From the NCBI GenBank assembly GCA_015654705.1, contig JAATGL010000190.1:3496-67495 (forward strand): a stretch of 64,000 bases of DNA. The letters are read 5' to 3'. The notes beneath the pieces are model-generated. The model was not told where the DNA came from. It did not search any database and saw nothing but the letters and a program-made list of their open reading frames with translations. Made by a program: the position numbers and the translations under genes. Below, in pieces: positions 58,055 to 64,000 of this stretch; the stretch's first letter is position 1; every line of letters begins with the position of its first letter. The stretch comes from Alphaproteobacteria bacterium. GTDB taxonomy: Bacteria; Pseudomonadota; Alphaproteobacteria; Micropepsales; Micropepsaceae.

Positions 58055-58813
58055 TTAGTAATGGATCGTGCCGAAGCCGCCGCCATCGGCGGCCAGCGTT
58101 TCGCCGTTGATGGCGATGCTTCTGGGCGATGCCAGAAAAGCGACGAGCCAGGCGATCTCGGACGAATCCACCATCCGCCCGATGCTCACCGCCTTGGCGA
58201 ATTTTTCTTCCGAGGCGGGATCGGTCTTTTCCGTGCGCGTGGCGCCGGGATGAATGGCCACGACGTTGATGCCGGAGGGGCCCAGCTCGTCCGCGAGGTT
58301 CTTGGTGATCGCGCTGACGCCGGCATTGCGCACCGAGGCGATGTAATGCCCCGAGCGGCGCGCGGCGAGGCCGCCGATATTGATAATGCGGCCCCAGCCA
58401 TTGGCGACCAGATGCGGCGCCAGGGCGCGCGCCGTGCGCAGATAGCCGGCCACCTTGATGTTCACGTCCGCCAGCAGGTTTTCGCCGGTGACCTGTTCGA
58501 GCTTCGCGGCCGGCGCCGCGCCGCCGGGCTGCGCCGCGTTGTTGACGAGAATTTCGATGCTCCCCAACTCCCGGATCGCGGCCGCGACCAGGGCCTCGAC
58601 CGAAGCGTCGTCGCCGGTGTCGGCGACGATCGGCAAGACGCGCCGCCCGGTCGCCGCAGCGATCTCGGCCGCCGTCTCCTCCAGCTTCGCCATGCCGCGC
58701 GCCGCCAGCACCAGGTCGATGCCCTCTTCCGCTAGCTGCCGCGCGATGGCCTTGCCGATGCCGCGGCTGGCCCCAGTGACGATGGCGCGCTTTCCTCGTA
58801 GTTCCAGATCCAA
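58055..58813 (-). CDS. SDR-family oxidoreductase, atypical active site
   Basis: TGASRGIG, LVNNAA, IHPG; no YxxxK; TTG start after GGAGG. Confidence 0.88.
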   Translation of the reverse strand: MDLELRGKRAIVTGASRGIGKAIARQLAEEGIDLVLAARGMAKLEETAAEIAAATGRRVLPIVADTGDDASVEALVAAAIRELGSIEILVNNAAQPGGAAPAAKLEQVTGENLLADVNIKVAGYLRTARALAPHLVANGWGRIINIGGLAARRSGHYIASVRNAGVSAITKNLADELGPSGINVVAIHPGATRTEKTDPASEEKFAKAVSIGRMVDSSEIAWLVAFLASPRSIAINGETLAADGGGFGTIHY

Positions 58814-58846
58814 TTCACATCCTCCCGATCATGCCCGACGGCCCGG

Positions 58847-60187
58847 CTATTCCGCCGCGATCGCCGCGTCCCTGCGTTTCGTATAGCGGTTGACCGGAAA
58901 CGGCAGGCCGAGATTGCCGCGGAACGTGTCCTTTTCGTAGTCGCGGCGGAAGATGCCGCGCTCCTGCAGCAGCGGCACGACCAGCTCCACGAATTTTTCC
59001 AATTGCCCAGGGAGCGATTCAAAAAGATTGAACCCGTCCGCGCCGCGCTCCTCGAACCAGCGCTCCAGCGCATCCGCGACCTGGACCGGCGTTCCGACGA
59101 AATTGCCGCGCGGCGTGGCGAAGCGCAAAGCGGTCTGGCGCAGCGTCAGGTTCTCTTCCCTGGCGAGGGCGACGATCCGGTTCGAGGCGCTCTGGTTGCT
59201 GTTGCGGCCGGCATGGGCGATATCCGGAAACGGCGCGTCGAGATCGAAGCCGGAGAAATCGAAATCGTTGAACGGCCGGCCGAGCATCGACAACGCATCG
59301 TCGATCGAGACCAGGTTGATCAGTTCCAGGTATTTCCGTTCGGCGTCCTTCTCGCTGTGCCCCACGACCGGGCGAATGCCGGGCAGGATGAACACCTCCT
59401 CCGGATCGCGCCCGAAGCCCGCGGCGCGCTGTTTGATATCGCGATAGTAGTCCTTGGCCTCGTCCAGGTTGTCCTGGTGGACGAAGATCGCATCCGAATG
59501 CCGCGCCGCGAAATTCTTGCCGTCCTCCGATGCCCCCGCCTGGAAGATCACCGGCTGGCCCTGCCGCGAGCGCGAGATGTTGAGCGGCCCCTTGACGGAA
59601 AAGAATTCGCCAGTGTGGTTGAGCGCGTGCAGCTTGGCGGGATCGAGGAACTGGCCGGTCTGCTTGTTGCGCACCAGCGCGTCGTCTTCCCAGGAATCCC
59701 AGAGCCCCTTGATCACCTCCAGATATTCGCCGGCGAGGCGATAGCGAACGTCGTGCGGATAATGCGCGGATTTGCCGAAATTGCTGGCGCTGCCCTCCAG
59801 CCAGGACGTGACCACGTTCCAGCCGGCGCGGCCGCCGCTGATATGGTCGAGCGAGGCGAACTGGCGCGCGACGTTGTAGGGCTCCGTATAGCTGACCGTC
59901 AAAGTGCCCACGAGGCCGATATGATTCGTCACCGCCGCCAGGGCCGAAAGGATCGTCAGCGGCTCGAACCGGTTGAGGTAATGCGGGCTGGACTTCTCGG
60001 TGATGAAGACGCTGTCGGCGACGAACAGGAAGTCGAACTTCCCGGCCTCCGCCGCCTGGGCCTGCTTCTTGTAGAAGGCGAAATTCACGCTGGCATCGGT
60101 CTCCGCGAGCGGGTGGCGCCAGTCGCCCCAGCCGGGCCCGACGCCGTGAAGGATGAAGCCCAGCTTGAGCTGCCGTTTGCCTGACAT
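58847..60187 (-). CDS. NtaA/SnaA/DszA-family FMN-dependent monooxygenase
   Basis: [60 protein letters not shown]. Confidence 0.93.
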   Translation of the reverse strand: MSGKRQLKLGFILHGVGPGWGDWRHPLAETDASVNFAFYKKQAQAAEAGKFDFLFVADSVFITEKSSPHYLNRFEPLTILSALAAVTNHIGLVGTLTVSYTEPYNVARQFASLDHISGGRAGWNVVTSWLEGSASNFGKSAHYPHDVRYRLAGEYLEVIKGLWDSWEDDALVRNKQTGQFLDPAKLHALNHTGEFFSVKGPLNISRSRQGQPVIFQAGASEDGKNFAARHSDAIFVHQDNLDEAKDYYRDIKQRAAGFGRDPEEVFILPGIRPVVGHSEKDAERKYLELINLVSIDDALSMLGRPFNDFDFSGFDLDAPFPDIAHAGRNSNQSASNRIVALAREENLTLRQTALRFATPRGNFVGTPVQVADALERWFEERGADGFNLFESLPGQLEKFVELVVPLLQERGIFRRDYEKDTFRGNLGLPFPVNRYTKRRDAAIAAE

Positions 60188-60351
60188 ACGACCCGTCCTG
60201 CTTTTTCCGATGCCTCTCATGGAGTAATTGCTCGGGTCCGGAAGAGCGAACGAGGATTGCTAAAGGCTCATATTGCGCGAGCGAATGAAGTTTTTTGGAA
60301 GTGAAGTACGGCGCGATGCGCGGGACCCGTAGGCCGCAGCCTGCGCAAGCG

Positions 60352-60378
60352 GCCGGCCATCTCGACGACATGGCCGGC
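60352..60378. terminator. Hairpin after 60411 gene
   Basis: GCCGGCCAT-N9-ATGGCCGGC; no U tract. Confidence 0.4.
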
Positions 60379-60410
60379 TTTGCAGCGTGCTTGGCGGTGT
60401 ATGAAATCGC

Positions 60411-62240
60411 TCAGGCGATTTTGGAGGTCAAAAGCCGTCCGACCACGCTTTCCACCTTCTCGATCCGGTCCGCCAGGCTGAGCTGCTCCTGCTGCGCAAA
60501 AGCGCGCCTGTGCTCGCGCCGAAGCGATATCGCCATGGCCCGCGCCAGCGGCGCCGCCAGCGATCGAAGCGCCTTGCACTCCTCCCGTCCCAAAAGACTG
60601 CCGTCCGGCCGCGGACCGAGAAGCAGCCAGCCGCGCATCTCGAAACCATCCGCCATCAGCGGCAGCCGGAAGGGAAAGACCGGGTCGGTCCGGACGATCT
60701 GCAGCTTGTCGGCGGCCGCCAGCTTGAACTGCCCGCACCATGTCGTCGCGAGACCGCTCTCCATGCCTTCCACGAACAACAGCCGCCCCTCGACGACCAT
60801 TGCGATGGCCCGCACATGCAGGGCGGCCCGGATATCGCTCTCGACCGCCTCGGCGAGTTCGAGAGGCGTGCAGGTCTCGCGCAGATCGCCCACCAAGACC
60901 GGGAATTCCTGTCGCAGATGGAAGAGCTTTGGCCGGCAGCGGCGCTCCGAGAATTGCTTCGCGCGTTCCTGCACCGGCGCGAACAGCAGCGCCGTCAGCG
61001 CCGCGGCGAAGGCGGCCGGAAGAGAACCCAGCTGCCCGGCGATCAGCGTTTGCTCCATTCCCGTGATCAGGCTTTGAAACGCGCCGAAAATGGCGAGAAG
61101 CGACGCGACGAGTATCGCGAAGCTCGCCGAATGGGTGATGATCGAATCGGAATCGTAGAGCCGGTAGCGCAGCACGGCGACCAGCAGCCCCAGGGGCAGA
61201 CCTATCGGGAAAACCATCGAGGTCAGGCGCATCAGGATGAAGTTCATACCCCCGGCCAGCCACAGATCGATACCGAGACTGCCGCTCACGGCGACCCAGA
61301 CAAGCGCCAGGGTGGTGACGGCGGCGCCGATCGCCACCCATTTGATCTGCAGCCGCTCGACGACGTTGGTCTGGCGCATGAAGCGGATGGTGATCGTGAC
61401 GGCTGCGACGATCAGGCCCAGCAGCAGAAGGATGGAAACCCACAGCTGGGCGCTCGCCGCCCATGCGTCGGTGCGCCCGGCGGAAAAAATATTGAGCGCA
61501 AGTCCGATGCCGGCGACGGCTGCGGAAATCCACGATCCCGGCAGCGCGAAATTTCCGCTCGGAAAAGCGCCGATCACGGCGACCGTGCCGCAGAGCCCGC
61601 TTCGATAGATGAAGGTTGCCAGCCAGGGCGGCGCGCCCAGCTCCGTGATCCAGTTTTCCACCGAGAAGCAGAGCATCAGGAAACAGATCGCGAGCGCCCT
61701 CGCCTCGAAATCGTCCGGCTTCTTGGTGAGAAGAAGAAAGGCGGCCCACAGCAGGATGAGCGGGGGGACTTCCAGCGAGACGAAGCTCAACAGGCTGGCA
61801 AACCAGCGGGGCAGGTTCGAATCCCCGCGCGCCGTCCACACCCCTGCCTGCCGCGGCAGGCGGATGGTGTTGCGACGGCCTTGCGCCGTCTCGAAGGTGA
61901 CGGCGACGGTCGCATCGGCGCGGGCCAGCCGTCCTTCGAGATCGAAGACGGTGGCCCCTTCCGGCACCGGTGCCAAGCCGATGGCGATCACGCGACTGCC
62001 CGGCGGCACGCCCGCCAGAATCGCCTGGGCCGGAACGGCGGACGCCACGATGGTGCCCGGCGCCGTCCTGACCAAGGCCAGGCCATAGCGTGCCGCTGCC
62101 GGCTGGTTTCGAGCCAGATCAAGGGCATGGAAAACAAAGCCGCCAGCGACCACCAGCGCCGTCAGGAACGCCAACCCCTGGCAAAGCAGCAGCACCAGGC
62201 CGTTCCTGTCGACCACGCGTGTCTTCGGCGCCAATTCCAC
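60411..62240 (-). CDS. Membrane sensor-like protein (TM, PDZ-like, multi-TM, GAF-like), no output domain
   Basis: AGVPPGSRVIAIG PDZ-like, QIKWV, VAVLRYRLYD.D, LFAP, GWLLLGPRPDGSL..EE..AL, short helical tail. Confidence 0.65.
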   Translation of the reverse strand: MELAPKTRVVDRNGLVLLLCQGLAFLTALVVAGGFVFHALDLARNQPAAARYGLALVRTAPGTIVASAVPAQAILAGVPPGSRVIAIGLAPVPEGATVFDLEGRLARADATVAVTFETAQGRRNTIRLPRQAGVWTARGDSNLPRWFASLLSFVSLEVPPLILLWAAFLLLTKKPDDFEARALAICFLMLCFSVENWITELGAPPWLATFIYRSGLCGTVAVIGAFPSGNFALPGSWISAAVAGIGLALNIFSAGRTDAWAASAQLWVSILLLLGLIVAAVTITIRFMRQTNVVERLQIKWVAIGAAVTTLALVWVAVSGSLGIDLWLAGGMNFILMRLTSMVFPIGLPLGLLVAVLRYRLYDSDSIITHSASFAILVASLLAIFGAFQSLITGMEQTLIAGQLGSLPAAFAAALTALLFAPVQERAKQFSERRCRPKLFHLRQEFPVLVGDLRETCTPLELAEAVESDIRAALHVRAIAMVVEGRLLFVEGMESGLATTWCGQFKLAAADKLQIVRTDPVFPFRLPLMADGFEMRGWLLLGPRPDGSLLGREECKALRSLAAPLARAMAISLRREHRRAFAQQEQLSLADRIEKVESVVGRLLTSKIA

Positions 62241-62339
62241 ATCCGCCCCTGATGCGCTCGGAGTTGCCGATCGCCGGCCGACGCTAGCCTGCGCCCCTAC
62301 CGCGCGCCAGCGGGGAGCGTTCCGAACAACCGATCGCCG

Positions 62340-62377
62340 GGCGCATTAGGAGCCGGTGGAGCGGCCCCTAATGCGCC
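62340..62377. terminator. Long hairpin overlapping dehydrogenase stop codon
   Basis: GGCGCATTAGG...CCTAATGCGCC plus inner GCCG/CGGC. Confidence 0.4.
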
Positions 62378-64000
62378 ATCGGACTGGCCAGCGGCGTGCT
62401 CATGTCCTTCGTTCCGGTCTGCTGGGTGCGATAGGCCCGCCAAGCCTCGTCGATCACATAGGCGTGGATATCGTCCACGTCCTTTTCGGACAGCACGTCG
62501 TCCCATTGCGGCATGCCCGCCGCCCGCAGGGCACCGTGCAGCACGATGTCCTTGAAGGCGGCATGCGTGGCCGGGCTCAGCCGGCGCAGGTCCGGCGTCA
62601 TCCCGTTGGAGACGTTGGCGTGGCAGAGGCCGCAGGTGCCGCCATAAAGCTGGCCCCCCTTGGCGATGTCGTCCGCCGAGCCGATCTGCTTCGGCGGCTC
62701 CGGGATCGGCGGCGGAGGCGCGACGACGGGCGGGATCGGCACCGCGCCGCCGTCCAGCCTGAAGGCGATGATGCGGCCCTCATTGCCGTATGTCGTGACG
62801 GCGCTGGTTTGATGCGGCATCGCCCAGCCGCCGCCGCCCCAGGCCGCCATCACCGCGACATATTGCACGCCGTCGATCGTATAGGTCATCGGCGCGGCCA
62901 TGATCGAGGTGCCGACGAAAATGTCCTTCAAGACCGTTCCATCGCGGATATCCAACACGCGGAAATGGCCGTCATCCGTGCCCTGGAACAGCAGCCCGCC
63001 GGCGGTCGCCAGAACGCCGCCCCGATCCCACCATTGCGTCGTGCGCTTTTCCCAGACCACCTTGCCGGTCTGGGGATCGAAGGCCTTCAGCGCGGAAAAG
63101 GACTGTGCCTCGCCGCTCTTCTGGACGTCCACGAGCGCCGAGCGCATCGGCTCTGGGAAGCGCGCGGGATCGAACATCAGCATATCGCCGAAGAAGATCT
63201 GGTTGCCGGAATTGGCCGTCTTGGGGCGATAGACGTGCCCTTTGGTCCTGTCCCAGACCAGCGAGCCGCCCTCGATCGTCGGGATGTAGACGAGCCCGGT
63301 GTCCGGATCGTAGGCCATGGGATTCCAGCTATGCCCGCCCATGCCCGAGGGCGCGATGAATTTGGGCTTGTCGCCGTAATCGTAATCCGCGGCTGCGGTG
63401 ATCTCGGGCCGGCCGGTCTTGAGGTCGACCTTCGTCGCCCAGTTCATCGGCACGTATTTGTCGGCCGACAGCAGCTTTCCGGTCTTGCGGTCCAGGATGT
63501 AGAAAAAGCCGTCCTTCGGCGCGTGCATCAGGACTTTGCGGTTCTCGCCCTTGAGCTTGAGATCAGCAAGGATGAACGGCGCCGTTGCGGTGTAATCCCA
63601 GCTATCGCGCGGCACCTCCTGGTAATACCAGACCAGCCGTCCGGTATCCGGATTGAGGGCCAGGATCGAAGCCAGGAAAAGATTGTCGCCGCCCTTAGGG
63701 CTTCGTTCGTGCCAGTTGTAGAGCGCGGCGTTGCCGGTGCCGACATAAAGCAGATTGAGCTTGGGGTCATAGCCCATGCCGCCCCAGGGCGTGCCGCCGC
63801 CGCCGACATCCCACCGGCTGTCCGGATCCCACGTCCTGGCCGCCATGCGCAGCTCGGGATGCTCGAAGCCCTTCTTCAGGTCGCCGGGCACCGCGAAGAA
63901 CCGCCAGCGCAGCGCCCCGGTCTTCAGGTCGTAGGCAGAGACATAGCCGCGCGCATCGTAATCAGCGCCGGCATTGCCGATGACGACGACGGAGCCCGCC
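62368..64000 (-). CDS. PQQ-dependent quinohemoprotein alcohol dehydrogenase, 3' part
   Basis: YVGTGN, GDNLFLASI.ALNPDTG..WYYQ, WDY, GGHSWNPM, APMTY.IDG.QYVAV, heme CGLCH with distal GMP. Confidence 0.93.
   Translation of the reverse strand, partial: AGSVVVIGNAGADYDARGYVSAYDLKTGALRWRFFAVPGDLKKGFEHPELRMAARTWDPDSRWDVGGGGTPWGGMGYDPKLNLLYVGTGNAALYNWHERSPKGGDNLFLASILALNPDTGRLVWYYQEVPRDSWDYTATAPFILADLKLKGENRKVLMHAPKDGFFYILDRKTGKLLSADKYVPMNWATKVDLKTGRPEITAAADYDYGDKPKFIAPSGMGGHSWNPMAYDPDTGLVYIPTIEGGSLVWDRTKGHVYRPKTANSGNQIFFGDMLMFDPARFPEPMRSALVDVQKSGEAQSFSALKAFDPQTGKVVWEKRTTQWWDRGGVLATAGGLLFQGTDDGHFRVLDIRDGTVLKDIFVGTSIMAAPMTYTIDGVQYVAVMAAWGGGGWAMPHQTSAVTTYGNEGRIIAFRLDGGAVPIPPVVAPPPPIPEPPKQIGSADDIAKGGQLYGGTCGLCHANVSNGMTPDLRRLSPATHAAFKDIVLHGALRAAGMPQWDDVLSEKDVDDIHAYVIDEAWRAYRTQQTGTKDMSTPLASPMAH

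Noticed and set aside
2161-62252. Long antisense/alternate-frame ORFs (e.g. 2161..3753, 14005..15771, 38959..41226, 60510..62252)
   Set aside because: Expected in high-GC DNA; Arg/Ala/Pro-rich, no motifs, overlap well-supported genes.

Overview
GC-rich bacterial chromosomal DNA; gene content (NikR, cobalamin riboswitch-btu, many TonB receptors, PQQ dehydrogenase) suggests an alphaproteobacterium (inference). In order: the 5' part of a TonB receptor; a Wzx/Wzy surface-polysaccharide locus with Wzz, a very large SLBB exporter and Wzi (1.4-15.7 kb); a riboswitch-controlled btuBFCD operon; an AceE/MdeB-type E1 plus E2 without E3; a secreted 7-repeat propeller protein divergent from a wHTH-NB-ARC regulator; a NikR-linked TonB receptor; tRNA-Arg(CCU) with a low-GC insert just upstream, bounded by degenerate direct repeats; a four-gene operon (transaldolase, BcbE-like/HAD/kinase fusion, BcbE-like, WavE-like); a tripartite MFS efflux pump; a ~16.4 kb organosulfur-scavenging island; an output-less membrane sensor-like protein; and the 3' part of a quinohemoprotein alcohol dehydrogenase. 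Best candidates for new biology: (1) the transaldolase-led operon at 34758-39523, possibly a ketose activation/transfer module for glycans; (2) the sulfur island, which has two recurring palindromic motifs (TCTA-N9-TAGA-like, TTCTC-N11-GAGAA), sulfur-poor enzymes and an amber-interrupted binding-protein gene. I saw no CRISPR array, integrase or transposase. Family calls are from motif recognition only; no searches were run, and several start codons were adjusted by eye.
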